From assembly GCA_963740355.1 (NCBI GenBank), contig CAVUDW010000002.1, positions 864,001 to 928,000 of the forward strand: 64,000 bases of DNA. The letters are read 5' to 3'. A model generated the notes under the pieces. That model did no database searches and was not told where the DNA came from. It saw only the letters and a program-made list of their open reading frames with translations. This document shows positions 10,118 to 21,503 of the stretch, in pieces. Position 1 is the stretch's first letter. Each line of letters starts with the position of its first letter. A program made the translations under genes and the position numbers. This DNA comes from an uncultured Gemmatimonadaceae bacterium (GTDB taxonomy: Bacteria > Gemmatimonadota > Gemmatimonadetes > Gemmatimonadales > Gemmatimonadaceae).

Positions 10118-11148
10118 GCGACGGCTCCTGCCGCATGCGCAGTGGCGCGGCGTTCCGGCTCGACGACAAGGTGACACCGAGCGGAGCGACCATCGCCCAA
10201 CTGGTGCAGCGGCGGTGCCTCGGTGGTGCAGCGGCTCCACGCATACGAACAGCGATCAGCGAAGCGACAGCCAGTCGGCCATGCGCCGGGAGGCGGCACG
10301 GTACCGGGAATCGTGGTCAGGCGCTCGCGACGTGTTCCAGCGCGTGGCATGGCGGCGAGCAGGCCCTGTGTGTACGGATGCTGTGGTGCTGCGAAGAGGG
10401 CCGCGACAGGCGCTTCCTCGACGATCTGGCCAGCGTACATCACCGCCACTCGCTGTGCCGATTCCGCGACGACGCCGAGGTCGTGCGTGATGAGCAGCAT
10501 CGAGGCGCCGCGCGCTTGCTGCGCCTCACGCAACAGGTCGAGCAACTGCGCCTGGATCGTCACGTCGAGGGCGGTGGTCGGCTCGTCGGCGATGAGCAAG
10601 ACGGGATTCAGCACCAGCGCCATCGCAATCATGACGCGCTGTCGCATGCCACCGGAGAGCTGATGCGGAAACTGCTTCGCCCGGATTTCAGGCGAGGGGA
10701 TACCGACCGCACCAAGCATCGCCACGGCTTTCGCCCACGCCTCGCTGCGACTGTCGCCAGTGTGCGTCCGCACCACCTCGGCGATCTGCTCGCCGGCGGA
10801 ATACACCGGGTTGAGGGCAGTCATCGGCTCCTGGAAGATCATCGCAGCCTGACGCCCACGGATGCCGCGAAGCTCCTTGTCGCCGAGCTTCAATACGTCG
10901 CGGCCCTCGAACAGGATCTGGCTACCCGGTTCGATGCGGCCCGGCGACTCGATCAACCGGAGAATCGTGAGTGCCGTGAGTGACTTGCCGCAGCCACTCT
11001 CGCCGACCAGTGCCAGGGTCTCACCGCGTCGAATGTCGAACGAGACCCCATCCACCGGCGTGATCGTGCCGTCAGCTGTGCGGAAGGTGACACGCACATC
11101 ACGGAGCGAGAGAAGGGTGTCGGTCGGTGGTGTGCCTGTATCGGTCAT
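10114..11148 (-). CDS. oppD: Oligo/dipeptide ABC transporter ATP-binding subunit (OppD/DppD-like)
   Basis: [33 protein letters not shown]. Confidence 0.93.
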   Translation of the reverse strand: MTDTGTPPTDTLLSLRDVRVTFRTADGTITPVDGVSFDIRRGETLALVGESGCGKSLTALTILRLIESPGRIEPGSQILFEGRDVLKLGDKELRGIRGRQAAMIFQEPMTALNPVYSAGEQIAEVVRTHTGDSRSEAWAKAVAMLGAVGIPSPEIRAKQFPHQLSGGMRQRVMIAMALVLNPVLLIADEPTTALDVTIQAQLLDLLREAQQARGASMLLITHDLGVVAESAQRVAVMYAGQIVEEAPVAALFAAPQHPYTQGLLAAMPRAGTRRERLTTIPGTVPPPGAWPTGCRFADRCSYAWSRCTTEAPPLHQLGDGRSARCHLVVEPERRATAHAAGAVA

Positions 11149-12020
11149 GGACGGGGAAGCTGCCGGGGAGCGAGCGCGTCGCGCAACCCATCACCGAGGG
11201 CGCTGACGGCAAGGACGACGACCACAAGACAAAAGCCGGGGGCGAGGGAGACCCACGGCGCGCTGGAAATGAACTCGGTGCCATCACCGATGATGTTGCC
11301 CCAGCTGGCGTCCGGCGGCTGGACGCCGATGCCGAGCCAGCTCAATCCTGCCTCGAGCACGATCACCTGGCCGATGGCGAGCGTGGCAGCGACGAGCACT
11401 GGTCCAAGCACATGCGGAAGGACATGGCGTGCCGCGATTCGGGTTGGCGACGCTCCCAGAGCCCGCGCGGCGAGCACGAAGTCGGCGCTCCGGATCGTGC
11501 GCGCCTCGCCTCGCACTAGCCGCGCGATGCCGAACCACCCGGTCACACCGAGCACCACTACCAGCAACCAGATCGGGACATGCGGTACGGCGGCCAACAG
11601 CGCCAGCAGCACCAATACCCGTGGAACGCTCATGCCGGCATCGACGCACCGCATCATCACCGTGTCGAGTCGGCCGCCCGCCAATCCCGACGTCATGCCC
11701 CACAGCACACCAACCAGCGTCTCGATGAAGACAGCGCCGAAGGCCACCGCAAGTGAGACACGGCCGCCGCTCAGCACTCGCGAGAGCACGTCACGCGAAT
11801 ACGTGTCGGTGCCGAGCAGGTGTTCGGCGCTGGGCGGCTGGTGCACGAGATGCGTGATGTCGAGCTGCTGGTAGGGCGCGTATGGGGTCAGCATGGGGCC
11901 CAGGATCGCCAGCGCCACCATGGCCGCGAGCGTGCCGGCCGCCAGCAGGCTTCGACGATCACGCCGCAGCGTCTGCACCACGTGACGCCAGTCGCCGCTG
12001 CTGATCTCGCGCGTGATCAT
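11145..12020 (-). CDS. oppC: Peptide ABC transporter permease (OppC/DppC-like)
   Basis: [14 protein letters not shown]-like loop [15 protein letters not shown] overlap with oppB stop. Confidence 0.9.
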   Translation of the reverse strand: MITREISSGDWRHVVQTLRRDRRSLLAAGTLAAMVALAILGPMLTPYAPYQQLDITHLVHQPPSAEHLLGTDTYSRDVLSRVLSGGRVSLAVAFGAVFIETLVGVLWGMTSGLAGGRLDTVMMRCVDAGMSVPRVLVLLALLAAVPHVPIWLLVVVLGVTGWFGIARLVRGEARTIRSADFVLAARALGASPTRIAARHVLPHVLGPVLVAATLAIGQVIVLEAGLSWLGIGVQPPDASWGNIIGDGTEFISSAPWVSLAPGFCLVVVVLAVSALGDGLRDALAPRQLPRP

Positions 12021-13012
12021 GAATTCGTGCGCGTTGACGCGACTGCACTGTCGGCGGCACGCGGATCGAGTGACTGCGCCAGCAGGTCGGCCAGCGTGGA
12101 GCCGATCACCACCATGATCGAGCCGACCATCACACACCCCACGACGAGATGGTAGTCGCGCGACGCAATGGCACCGGCCGCCAACTGGCCCATGCCTGGC
12201 CACGCGAAGACGTGCTCGACGAAGACGGCACCACCAACCAGAGCAGGCAGCGCGAGTCCGCCCAGCGTGATCACCGGGCCGAGCGCGGTGCGCCACGCAT
12301 GTCGTCGGAAGACGGCACCGGGTGACACACCCTTCGCGGTCGCGGTGCGCACCCAGTCTGCCCCAAGCCGCTCGAGCAATGCGGCGCGTTGCTGTCGCGC
12401 CACCACCGCCGCCAGCAGTGTCACCAGCGTCAGCACCGGCAGGACCAGGTGCTTGATGCGGTCGAAAAAGATCGTCAGGCTCGATGCCGCGAGAGGCAGC
12501 AGCGGATCTGCGGCACCACCCACCGGAAAGATTCGAAGCCAGTAGGCACCACCCAAGAGGATCACCAACGCCAACCAGAAATCCGGCAACGCACCGCCAA
12601 TCAGCGTCAGCGCTCCGATCGCACGATCGGTGGCTCGGCCATGATTCGCGGCCTGGATCGCGCCGAGATACATGCCGATGGCGAACGACACCAGCAACGC
12701 CACACCCATCAGCCAGAGCGTATTCGGCAGTGCCTGCGCGATGGCGTGCGAGACGGTGGTGTTCATGCTCGTGGACCACCCCAGGTCCCCGTGCAGCAGC
12801 GACGACATCCATCGGACGTACTGCGTGCCGAGACCATCATCGAGGCCGTACGCCGCACGCCATTGTGCGCGCAATGCCGGCGTCAGTCGCGCGTTCTCCA
12901 GCGCATTCGAGAACGGATCGCCCGGCGCGAGTCGTACCAGCACGAAGGTGGCCGTCGCAACGATGGCGACGACCACGAATCCCTGCCAGAGCCGCTGGAT
13001 CAGCGCGCGCAC
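12017..13012 (-). CDS. oppB: Peptide ABC transporter permease (OppB/DppB-like)
   Basis: LAPGDP, GDLGWS, RTATAKG, VEHVFAWPGMG, RDY motifs; GTG start at 13012. Confidence 0.9.
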   Translation of the reverse strand: MRALIQRLWQGFVVVAIVATATFVLVRLAPGDPFSNALENARLTPALRAQWRAAYGLDDGLGTQYVRWMSSLLHGDLGWSTSMNTTVSHAIAQALPNTLWLMGVALLVSFAIGMYLGAIQAANHGRATDRAIGALTLIGGALPDFWLALVILLGGAYWLRIFPVGGAADPLLPLAASSLTIFFDRIKHLVLPVLTLVTLLAAVVARQQRAALLERLGADWVRTATAKGVSPGAVFRRHAWRTALGPVITLGGLALPALVGGAVFVEHVFAWPGMGQLAAGAIASRDYHLVVGCVMVGSIMVVIGSTLADLLAQSLDPRAADSAVASTRTNS

Positions 13013-13037
13013 ACGCCGGTGCTGCGTGCGAATGGCG

Positions 13038-14711
13038 TCAGCGTGCGGCGCCCGGTGCGGCGTCGCGCGCGATGCGCTTGTCGGCGGGAATGCGCCACTT
13101 CGCAATCCCGGCCCACCAGGAATCAGGGCGCATGCCAGTGGTGATGATGCGCGAGTGAATGGCCATCGTGCGTCGCGGTTCGGCGAGCCAGATGGCTGGC
13201 GCGTCATCGGCAATGATCCGCCACGCCGACGCGAAGTGTGATCGCATCATCGCTGGATCGAACGCCGCCATGGCCGTGTCGACCTGCGCGTCGAACGCCG
13301 GGTTGCGGTAGGCGCCAGGATTGTTGCCCCCTTCAGCGGCACCGGCACTGGTCCAGGTGTCGCGCACGCCGCCGGTGTTCGGGTCCGGGGCCCAGGCAGC
13401 AATCGCCGCGTCGAATTTCCGGCCGAAAAACTTGCCGCCGAAGCCGCCCATGTCGGAACTCTCGACCTTCACATCGGCACCGACGCGACGAAATTGCTCC
13501 TGGAGCAGCACGGCGGCCCGCATCCGCGGCACGCTGGTGGACGGCACTGCGATGCTGAAGCCAAGCACCTTGCCGTTCTTGCGGCGCAACGAATCTGCGC
13601 CGCGAACCCAGCCCGCTGCATCAAGTATCACATTCGCACTATCGACGTCGTATGGCAACGGCTTCAGCGACGGATCGTTGCTCGCGAGCGACGAGGAGAA
13701 CGGCCCGCGACCCTGCACGGCGAGCGAGTCGTAGATGTTGGCTACGATGCCACGCCGGTCGGTGGCCATCGTGAGCGCACGTCGCACGTTGCGATCACCG
13801 AAGATCGGGTGAGCGCCGCCTTTCACCGGGTCCACCAGGTTGAAGGTGAGGAAGTTGTAGTCGAGCGACGGCATCAGCACGAGACGCAGCTGCGGATTCT
13901 TTGCGACATCCGCCACCTTGTCGGGTCGCACGGCCTCGTAGAGGTCTGCCTCGCCGGTCGCGACGCGCGCGAACGCGGTCAGCGGGTCCGGCGAGACCGT
14001 GAAGAGCACGCGATCGAGCTGCGCGCGACGGCGTCCGCCAGTGGTATCCACCGCCAGCTCCAGCAGCTGCTTCGGCACCCACCGTGACACGCGGAATGGT
14101 CCACTGCCCACTGGCATCGTGGCCAGTGGCGACGATGCCAGCTTGCTACGATCGACCGCTGCCAGCGCATGTTCCGGCAAGATGTAGAGCTGATACACGA
14201 GGTCGAAAAACTGCTCCGGCTTGCGCGCATGGAAATACGCCACCGCGGTATGCGTATCGGTGGCACGCACGGAGTCGATGTTCGCCAGCAGCGGTGCGGT
14301 CGGTGAGGCCGTCTTCTTGTCGGTGTACAGCGCGAAGCTGAACGCGACGTCCTTGGCGGTCACTGGCGCTCCATCATGCCAGCGTGACGTCGAGTCGAGA
14401 CGGAACGCGATCGAGAGTGAATCCGCCGACCAGGTCCAGCTCTGTGCCAACGAGGGGGTGAAACCCTTGTCGCCAATGGTGTTCAACTCGGGACTGATCT
14501 CGGCGAGGTGCTCGAAGACGAGATCCTCGATCTGGCGACCCGAGAGGGTGTTGGTGATTGGCGGGATCAGGTTGTCAGGCTCGGCCGGCGTCGAGATCAC
14601 GACCGTACCGCCCGGTGAGTCGGCTGCCGCCGAGGGCTTTACGTCGGACCCGCCGCCGCAGGCAGCGATGCCGAGCAGGGGCAGCCAACGAATCACGCGC
14701 AGATTCGACAT
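13038..14711 (-). CDS. oppA: Peptide ABC transporter substrate-binding lipoprotein (family 5)
   Basis: Lipobox LGIAAC, WHDGAPVTAKDV, PVGSGPF. Confidence 0.9.
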   Translation of the reverse strand: MSNLRVIRWLPLLGIAACGGGSDVKPSAAADSPGGTVVISTPAEPDNLIPPITNTLSGRQIEDLVFEHLAEISPELNTIGDKGFTPSLAQSWTWSADSLSIAFRLDSTSRWHDGAPVTAKDVAFSFALYTDKKTASPTAPLLANIDSVRATDTHTAVAYFHARKPEQFFDLVYQLYILPEHALAAVDRSKLASSPLATMPVGSGPFRVSRWVPKQLLELAVDTTGGRRRAQLDRVLFTVSPDPLTAFARVATGEADLYEAVRPDKVADVAKNPQLRLVLMPSLDYNFLTFNLVDPVKGGAHPIFGDRNVRRALTMATDRRGIVANIYDSLAVQGRGPFSSSLASNDPSLKPLPYDVDSANVILDAAGWVRGADSLRRKNGKVLGFSIAVPSTSVPRMRAAVLLQEQFRRVGADVKVESSDMGGFGGKFFGRKFDAAIAAWAPDPNTGGVRDTWTSAGAAEGGNNPGAYRNPAFDAQVDTAMAAFDPAMMRSHFASAWRIIADDAPAIWLAEPRRTMAIHSRIITTGMRPDSWWAGIAKWRIPADKRIARDAAPGAAR

Positions 14712-14749
14712 GGAGATGGACAACGGAAATTGGGGGAAGGCGACGACGG

Positions 14750-15583
14750 TCATCGACGCCACGTCCAGCGGGGATCACGATAGCGACTCAACGCTGCCTC
14801 GACATGGTGCGATGGAAGATCGGTGTCGGACAGCGGCACGATCACACCTGTCGCGGCACGAGACACCGCCGACACGATGGCGTCGACCACCATCGCCGGT
14901 GAGATGTCGGCACGCGTCGCGCGCAACGTGGCCGGAGGCGGCACCGTCGGGAGAGGGACGAGTGCCAGCTCGCGGAGTAATTCCTGATCGTTCTCGAGCA
15001 GGATCGACCCGTGCTGAAGGAAGGCGTCGGCGCCACGATGCTGGGCGGAGCCGACGAGCTTTCGTGCTCCAACCACCAATTCCCCTGCCGATGGCGACTC
15101 GAAGCAGGGGGCCAGGCCCGGGCTGGGGGTGCGCTCGCTGGGCATGGCGCGGGACGCCAGCACGCCGAGCGCCTGCAGGGCGTCGAGCAGCACGACATTG
15201 ATGGCGTCATAACCCCGGCGCAAAGACGTTGCTGCCGAGCTCGGTGCGGCGATGCTGTAGGTCACCTCGCGACCGTGCAGCAGGGCGCGGCCGCCGGTCA
15301 GACGGCGGACCACGGGCACGCCAAGCGCCTCACAGCGTTCACAGCTGTAGATCCCACCAGTGCGCTGGTTCCGGCCAAACGAGACGGATGGTGTCGCCCA
15401 GCTGTAGAGCCGCACGAACGTGGCACCTTGCTCGACCGCCGCGCCCAGCATCGCCTCGTCGAGCGCCATGTTGGTGACGGCGTCCCGCGGTGGGCTGCAG
15501 ATGAGGTGAACGGAGGCGCTCCACAACGAATGATCGGGCACGACGAGGGCGGGGCAGTGGTGACGCAGTGGTGACCCGGCCAC
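14750..15583 (-). CDS. Lipoate-protein ligase / octanoyltransferase (LplA/LipM-like)
   Basis: NMALDEAML, VRRLTGGRALLH, KLVGSAQ, LQHGS; start uncertain. Confidence 0.88.
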   Translation of the reverse strand: MAGSPLRHHCPALVVPDHSLWSASVHLICSPPRDAVTNMALDEAMLGAAVEQGATFVRLYSWATPSVSFGRNQRTGGIYSCERCEALGVPVVRRLTGGRALLHGREVTYSIAAPSSAATSLRRGYDAINVVLLDALQALGVLASRAMPSERTPSPGLAPCFESPSAGELVVGARKLVGSAQHRGADAFLQHGSILLENDQELLRELALVPLPTVPPPATLRATRADISPAMVVDAIVSAVSRAATGVIVPLSDTDLPSHHVEAALSRYRDPRWTWRR

Positions 15584-15709
15584 CGCTGTGGCCGCTGGCA
15601 GGGATTACGTTTACGAGGCGTCCGCCGGAGACTCCGTATGAGACGCCGCCATCCGATACCAATCTGACGATCGGGCGCGCGCTCTGGGCGCCCTGTGGAG
15701 TTTAGCCGC

Positions 15710-18613
15710 ATGGCCGTTCCTGTTCGCTCCGCCTCCGCTGCACCGGCCGCGCTCGACGATTCCGGGAGCTTCATCCAGCGCCACATCGGCCCGACGCCCG
15801 ATGAGGTCTCCTCGATGCTCGCGACGCTGGGATACGCGTCCCTCGATGCGCTGGTCGATGCCACCATTCCCGAATCGATCCGCTTCCGCCGCCTGCTCAA
15901 CCTTCCGCCCGCCGAAAGCGAGCATGATGCACTGACGCGCCTGAAGTCGATCGCGTCGAAGAACGAGGTTTTCACGTCCTACCTCGGTCAGGGCTACTAC
16001 AACACGATCGTGCCCGCCGTCATCCAGCGCACGGTGCTCGAGAACCCAGGCTGGTACACCGCCTACACGCCCTATCAGGCGGAAATTGCGCAGGGACGGC
16101 TCGAGGCGTTGCTGAATTTCCAGACGATGGTGATCGATCTCACCGGGCTGCCGATCGCGAACGCATCGCTGCTCGATGAAGCGACGTCGGCGGCCGAGGC
16201 GATGGCGCTGTCGCACGCGGCCGTGAGCGGCAATCGATCGAAGTTCTTCGTGGCCTCGGACTGTCATCCACAGACGATCGCGGTAGTGCAGACACGCGCC
16301 GAGTCGCGCGGCTGGACGGTCGTGGTGGGCGAGGCGGCATCCGCAGCACTGACGCCGGAGTACTTCGGCGCGCTGATCCAGTATCCGACCACCGACGGCG
16401 CCATCGTCGACTACTCGAGCTTCTGCGAGCAGGCGCACGCCGCCGGCGTGCTGGTGACGGCGGCCACCGACTTGATGGCGCTCACGCTCCTCACGCCCCC
16501 TGGCGAATGGGGTGCCGACATCGCCGTCGGTAGCGCACAGCGTTTCGGTGTGCCGATGGGCTACGGCGGACCGCACGCGGCGTTTTTTGCCACGCGCGAC
16601 GAGTTCAAGCGCCTGCTCCCCGGCCGCATCATCGGCGTCAGCCGCGATAGCCACGGTGCGCCGGCATTGCGCATGGCACTGCAGACGCGCGAGCAGCACA
16701 TCCGCCGCGAGAAGGCGACCAGCAACGTCTGCACGGCGCAGGTGCTGCTGTCGGTGATGGCCAGCATGTATGGTGTTTACCATGGGCCGGTTGGCCTGAC
16801 GCGCATTGCGCGGCGCATCCAGCGGCTGACCGGGATCTTTGTCGCCGGGCTGGACAAGCTGGGCCTGCAGGTGTTGCACGAGCACTACTTCGACACCGTG
16901 CGGGTGGAAGTCGGCGTGCATGGCATGCAGGACATCATGGCTGCGGCGGTTGCGCATCGCGTCAATCTCCGTCGCCTCAGCGAAGGGTCGATCGGCGTGG
17001 CGTTCGACGAGACGACGTCACTGGCCGATGTCGCCACGTTGCTCACGATCTTCAACGGCGGCGAGTCGAGTGGCCTCGACATCGAGGCATTGGCGGCCGA
17101 CACCAATCCGCGCTACGACGAGCGTTTTGCGCGCACGTCGCCGTTCATGACGCACCCGGTGTTCAACACCCACCACAGCGAAACCGCGATGCTGCGCTAC
17201 ATCAAGCAGCTCGAGGCGAAGGACCTGTCGCTGTGCCACTCGATGATCGCCCTCGGCAGCTGCACGATGAAGCTCAACGCGGCCACCGAGATGTACCCGG
17301 TGACGTGGGCCGAGTTTGGCCAGCTGCATCCGTTCGCGCCGCGCGAACAGGCGACCGGCTATGCCCAGATGTTCGAGGAGCTGGAAGCGGCGCTGGCCGA
17401 TGTGACTGGCTTCGCTGCCGTGTCGCTGCAGCCGAACGCCGGCTCACAGGGTGAATACGCCGGCCTGCTCACGATCCGTCGCTACCATCAGGCGCGCGGC
17501 GAAGGGCACCGTACTGTCTGCCTGATTCCGGCTAGCGCGCACGGCACAAACCCCGCCAGTGCGGCCATGTGCGGCATGACGATCGTAGCCGTGAAGACCG
17601 CGCCGAACGGCAACATCGACGTGGCAGACCTGAAGGCGAAGGCCACCGAGCATGCCGCCAACCTGGCCGCGTTGATGGTCACCTATCCGAGCACACACGG
17701 TGTGTTCGAGGAAGAGATCGCCGACATCTGTGCCGCGATTCATGCACATGGTGGTCAGGTGTACATGGACGGCGCGAACATGAACGCGATGGTTGGCGTC
17801 TGTCGCCCAGGCGACATCGGGGCCGACGTCTGCCACCTGAACCTGCACAAGACGTTCTGCATTCCGCACGGTGGTGGTGGGCCGGGCATGGGGCCGATCG
17901 GTGTGGCCGCGCATCTCGTGCCACACCTGCCGGGCCATGCGCCTGCGGGCCTTGGCACCGAGCAGAGCTCGGGCGCGGTGAGTGCGGCGCCGTTCGGCAG
18001 CGCCAGTATCCTGCCGATCAGCTACCTCTACATCCGCATGATGGGTGCAGAAGGGCTGGCCTACGCCACCAAGATCGCGATCCTCAACGCGAACTACGTC
18101 GCGAAGCGTCTCGAGCATGCGTATCCGGTGCTCTACAAGGGACCGAATGGCACCGTGGCGCATGAGTGCATCGTGGATCCGCGTCCGTTGAAGGTCAGCG
18201 CCGGCATCGAGGTCGAGGACATCACCAAGCGACTGATGGACTACGGCTTCCATGCGCCCACGGTGAGCTTCCCGGTGGCGGGCACGCTGATGATCGAGCC
18301 GACCGAATCGGAGAACAAGGCCGAGCTGGATCGGTTCGTCGACGCGATGCTGTCGATCCGTGAAGAAGTGGCGCAGGTGGAGCGTGGCGAACTGCCGCGC
18401 GATGACAATCCGCTCAAGCATGCACCGCACACCGCCAGCGCCGTGATCAGCGACGCCTGGACACATGCGTATTCGCGTGACCAGGCGGCATTCCCGTCGG
18501 CCGCCGTGCGCGCGGCAAAGTTCTGGCCGAGTGTGGGCCGGATCGAAAGCGCCTATGGTGATCGCCATCTCGTCTGCAGCTGCTTGCCGATGGAAGAGTA
18601 CGCGCAAGCCTGA
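15710..18613 (+). CDS. gcvP: Glycine dehydrogenase (decarboxylating), single-chain P protein
   Basis: [47 protein letters not shown]. Confidence 0.98.
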   Translation: MAVPVRSASAAPAALDDSGSFIQRHIGPTPDEVSSMLATLGYASLDALVDATIPESIRFRRLLNLPPAESEHDALTRLKSIASKNEVFTSYLGQGYYNTIVPAVIQRTVLENPGWYTAYTPYQAEIAQGRLEALLNFQTMVIDLTGLPIANASLLDEATSAAEAMALSHAAVSGNRSKFFVASDCHPQTIAVVQTRAESRGWTVVVGEAASAALTPEYFGALIQYPTTDGAIVDYSSFCEQAHAAGVLVTAATDLMALTLLTPPGEWGADIAVGSAQRFGVPMGYGGPHAAFFATRDEFKRLLPGRIIGVSRDSHGAPALRMALQTREQHIRREKATSNVCTAQVLLSVMASMYGVYHGPVGLTRIARRIQRLTGIFVAGLDKLGLQVLHEHYFDTVRVEVGVHGMQDIMAAAVAHRVNLRRLSEGSIGVAFDETTSLADVATLLTIFNGGESSGLDIEALAADTNPRYDERFARTSPFMTHPVFNTHHSETAMLRYIKQLEAKDLSLCHSMIALGSCTMKLNAATEMYPVTWAEFGQLHPFAPREQATGYAQMFEELEAALADVTGFAAVSLQPNAGSQGEYAGLLTIRRYHQARGEGHRTVCLIPASAHGTNPASAAMCGMTIVAVKTAPNGNIDVADLKAKATEHAANLAALMVTYPSTHGVFEEEIADICAAIHAHGGQVYMDGANMNAMVGVCRPGDIGADVCHLNLHKTFCIPHGGGGPGMGPIGVAAHLVPHLPGHAPAGLGTEQSSGAVSAAPFGSASILPISYLYIRMMGAEGLAYATKIAILNANYVAKRLEHAYPVLYKGPNGTVAHECIVDPRPLKVSAGIEVEDITKRLMDYGFHAPTVSFPVAGTLMIEPTESENKAELDRFVDAMLSIREEVAQVERGELPRDDNPLKHAPHTASAVISDAWTHAYSRDQAAFPSAAVRAAKFWPSVGRIESAYGDRHLVCSCLPMEEYAQA

Positions 18614-18631
18614 CCCGCGATGCGCACGAAC

Positions 18632-18675
18632 GCAGAAGGCCGGCTCCAGATCGTGGAGCCGGCCTTCTGCATTTT
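18632..18675. terminator. Intrinsic terminator between convergent gcvP and gcvH
   Basis: Perfect stem GCAGAAGGCCGGCTCCA/TGGAGCCGGCCTTCTGC followed by ATTTT. Confidence 0.85.
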
Positions 18676-18719
18676 CCGCCATATCGTCCGGCGGCGCCAA
18701 TGGTGCGCCGCTACGACAG

Positions 18720-19109
18720 CTACTCGCCGAGGAGCGACTTGTAGTCGGCCGCGCTCATCAGCGCCGCACGCGCGCCCTTGTCGGCGACCTTCATCTTGAT
18801 CATCCAGCCATCGCCGAAGGGATCGGTGTTCACCAGTGCCGGTTCGCCATCGAGGCGCGGGTTCACTTCGACGATCTCACCGGCCAACGGCGAATACAGC
18901 TCGCTGACGGCCTTCACGGCCTCGATGGTGCCGAACACCGCGTGTTCCGCGAACGTGCTGCCGACCTTGGGCAGGTCGAGATACACGATGTCACCCAGTT
19001 CGCCCTGCGCGTAGTCGGTGATGCCGATGGTCACGATGTCAGCATCGGCGGCGCCGGCGACATACTCGTGATCCTTCGTGTACTGAAGATTGGCAGGAAT
19101 CTGCGACAC
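18720..19109 (-). CDS. gcvH: Glycine cleavage system H protein
   Basis: IGITDYAQGELGD, lipoyl-Lys motif EAVKAVSE. Confidence 0.97.
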   Translation of the reverse strand: MSQIPANLQYTKDHEYVAGAADADIVTIGITDYAQGELGDIVYLDLPKVGSTFAEHAVFGTIEAVKAVSELYSPLAGEIVEVNPRLDGEPALVNTDPFGDGWMIKMKVADKGARAALMSAADYKSLLGE

Positions 19110-19148
19110 TGAGTGCTCCGAAAATTCGGGTGAGAGATGGCGATGAGT

Positions 19149-19775
19149 TTAGACCGTGGCGTTGGACTCGGCAACCGCGGCCCATTGCGACACCCGACTC
19201 CACGCTGCGTCGATGCGCGTGTGCAGCGTGGCCAGATCCGCATCATTGTCGATCACGATGTCGGCGCGTCCCCGCTTCAGCGGCGCCGGCAACTGCGCGT
19301 GCACGCGATCGAGCGCTGCGCTTTCGCGCATGCCGCGATCGTGCACGAGCCGGTCGATCCGGGTCGCGACCGGCGCGTCGACCAGCACGATGCGTGGGAA
19401 TTGCCATGCCAGTCGCGCCTCGAAGAGCAGGGGGATGTCACAGACCAATAACTGCCTGCCCTCGCGGCGCGCGTCGGCCACGGCGACTTCCCGGGCGGCC
19501 TGGATCGCCGGATGGAGCATGGCCTCGAGTGCCGTCCGGGCCGTCGCGTCGTGAAAGACATGTGTCCCCAGCCGCGCCCGGTCGAGGGTGCCGTCCGGGT
19601 GCAGCATCTCGGTCCCGAACCGGGCCACGATCGCCGCCAGCGCCGGCGTGCCGGGTGCGACCGCTGCGCGAGCGGCGGTATCGCTGTCGATCAGCCCAGC
19701 TCCACGGGCGACGAACGCCGCCGCGACGGTCGATTTGCCCGCGGCAATGTTTCCCGTCAGCCCGAGCAGCAGCAT
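19149..19775 (-). CDS. coaE: Dephospho-CoA kinase
   Basis: GLTGNIAAGKST P-loop, LDRARLG, DIPLLFE. Confidence 0.95.
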   Translation of the reverse strand: MLLLGLTGNIAAGKSTVAAAFVARGAGLIDSDTAARAAVAPGTPALAAIVARFGTEMLHPDGTLDRARLGTHVFHDATARTALEAMLHPAIQAAREVAVADARREGRQLLVCDIPLLFEARLAWQFPRIVLVDAPVATRIDRLVHDRGMRESAALDRVHAQLPAPLKRGRADIVIDNDADLATLHTRIDAAWSRVSQWAAVAESNATV

Positions 19776-20026
19776 CAGGACTCGGCCTGCCTAGCGAAGG
19801 CGAGCGTGGTCTGGGCCGCGGCGAGAGCCGCCGACGGCACCATCAAGGTCACACCCCGCGCCGAAAAACCCTGAAAGGCGGAGCCGAACAGGCCGACCGA
19901 GTCGTTGCTGCGGATGATGGCGGGGATTCCGGCGCCATCGAGGATGGCAACGGCGATGCTGGCTTCCAACTCGTTGCCGAACTCGCGGCAAGGGACCCAG
20001 TGGGACCCGGGGGACGAGGCAGGCAC
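19775..20026 (-). CDS. DUF2007-like small protein (PII-like fold)
   Basis: FGNELEASIAVAILDGAGIPA...V.LMVP pattern; GTG start inferred; stop overlaps coaE start. Confidence 0.6.
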   Translation of the reverse strand: MPASSPGSHWVPCREFGNELEASIAVAILDGAGIPAIIRSNDSVGLFGSAFQGFSARGVTLMVPSAALAAAQTTLAFARQAES

Positions 20027-20229
20027 GATGGCGGCGGTTGAGGCTGGTGGAACTGGCGGATGGAGCGGGCGGCCGAGGTGCCGACACTCGCGAACGTACC
20101 CCCGTCGGCGGCCGACTGCACGGTCAGCTGGGGGCGAACGATGCCTCGGCGGCCCTTCCGAACGTTGCCCCGTCCTCATCTGTTCGTCTCAGGGCGTTCG
20201 CTCGTTCGCTTCCATCCGGAGCCACGCCC

Positions 20230-20811
20230 TTGTCCCAGACTCCCCGATCGCTGCGCCACGGCCAGTCGTTTGTTGGGCTGCTGGTGGTGCTGCTGGTGCT
20301 GACCCTTCTGACGGCGTTCGCCGCCCCGCGGGTCGACCTGACGCGTTTCCGGTCGGATGCGATCGCGCGGCAGGCCGCCGCAGTGTTCTCGGCGGCGTCT
20401 CGCACGGCTCGCCAGCGACGGCATGACGTGGTGGTGAAGGTCGATTCGAGCGGGAAGCGGCTGGGAGTGGTGGACGACCGCAACGGCAACGGGCAGCGCG
20501 ATCCAGGGGAGTCGGAAGTCTGGACTGACCTCGATCCCAGCGCCGACATCCTCGATCCGCCATCGCCGCTGCCGACCATCTCGGCCAGCAGTGCGCGGCG
20601 ACCGCTGCACACCGCCGGTCTGGCGCCGCCCGTTTCCGTGGGCTCGGTGGCGTTTCGGCGGAGCGGCGGGACGAGTGCCGATTTCGTGCTCTACCTGACG
20701 AGTGACCCTGGCCTGCCGAGTGCGTGGCGGGCCGTGCATGTGGCGAGCCGGACCGGCTTGGTCCAGCTGTGGCGGTTTGATGGGACCCGATGGGCGCGGG
20801 GTCGGACCTGA
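20230..20811 (+). CDS. FimT/GspH-like minor pilin with degenerate prepilin motif
   Basis: G|QSFVGLLVVLLV hydrophobic helix, AAP...AR..A pattern paralogous to the next gene; TTG start after GGAG. Confidence 0.7.
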   Translation: MSQTPRSLRHGQSFVGLLVVLLVLTLLTAFAAPRVDLTRFRSDAIARQAAAVFSAASRTARQRRHDVVVKVDSSGKRLGVVDDRNGNGQRDPGESEVWTDLDPSADILDPPSPLPTISASSARRPLHTAGLAPPVSVGSVAFRRSGGTSADFVLYLTSDPGLPSAWRAVHVASRTGLVQLWRFDGTRWARGRT

Positions 20812-20945
20812 CCTGAGCCTGGCGGCCCCACCCGGGCGCGAGGTCCCACGGGAGATGTGCATGAAGCGAGCCGGGCCGTTACCACGGTCCCGTTCGGTCG
20901 TCTGCCTGTGTGGAACGTCTAACCTCGTAGCCCCGGTAGGTCCCT

Positions 20946-21503
20946 ATGCAGATGTCGCGACGAAGCGGCTTCTCGATGATCGAGATGTTGACGACCCTCA
21001 TCATCATGGGGATCGTCGCCGCGATGGCGGTGCCGAAGATGGATCTGGCACACATGAAGAGTGACGCCGCCTTGCGCCAGGTGACGACGTTCTTCGTCCA
21101 GGCGCAGCGCACGGCGCTGACGAAGCAATACAACGTGATCGTGAGCTTCGACGTGCCGAACAATCGGTTGCGTCTGATCGAGGACAAGAACAACTCGAAC
21201 TCACTGGACGCGGGCGACCGATCGATGTGGATGGGCCTGGAGCCTGGCACCACGTTCAAGGCACCGCCGACCGGCATCGATGGAATGAATGGCGTCGTCA
21301 TCTTCCTCAAGCCGAAGACCGTCGATGGATACCCCTCGGTGATCTTTCGCAGGAATGGTGCCGCGAGTTCAGATGGTGCCGTGTTCTTCAGCAGCAAACA
21401 AACCGATCTCGGTTCACTGCGCGCCGTGGCGATCACCCAAAGCACGGGTCGCGCAGATCCATATAAATACAGCGGGACCGCATGGGTCCGGGCGGGCGCA
21501 TGA
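20946..21503 (+). CDS. Type IV minor pilin, FimT/FimU/GspH-like
   Basis: RRSG|FSMIEML class III signal peptide. Confidence 0.88.
   Translation: MQMSRRSGFSMIEMLTTLIIMGIVAAMAVPKMDLAHMKSDAALRQVTTFFVQAQRTALTKQYNVIVSFDVPNNRLRLIEDKNNSNSLDAGDRSMWMGLEPGTTFKAPPTGIDGMNGVVIFLKPKTVDGYPSVIFRRNGAASSDGAVFFSSKQTDLGSLRAVAITQSTGRADPYKYSGTAWVRAGA

Noticed and set aside
15584..15709. Glycine riboswitch upstream of gcvP
   Set aside because: Short divergent gap with no recognisable aptamer motifs
15611..18700. Long minus-strand ORFs (448 and 418 aa)
   Set aside because: Antisense shadows of gcvP
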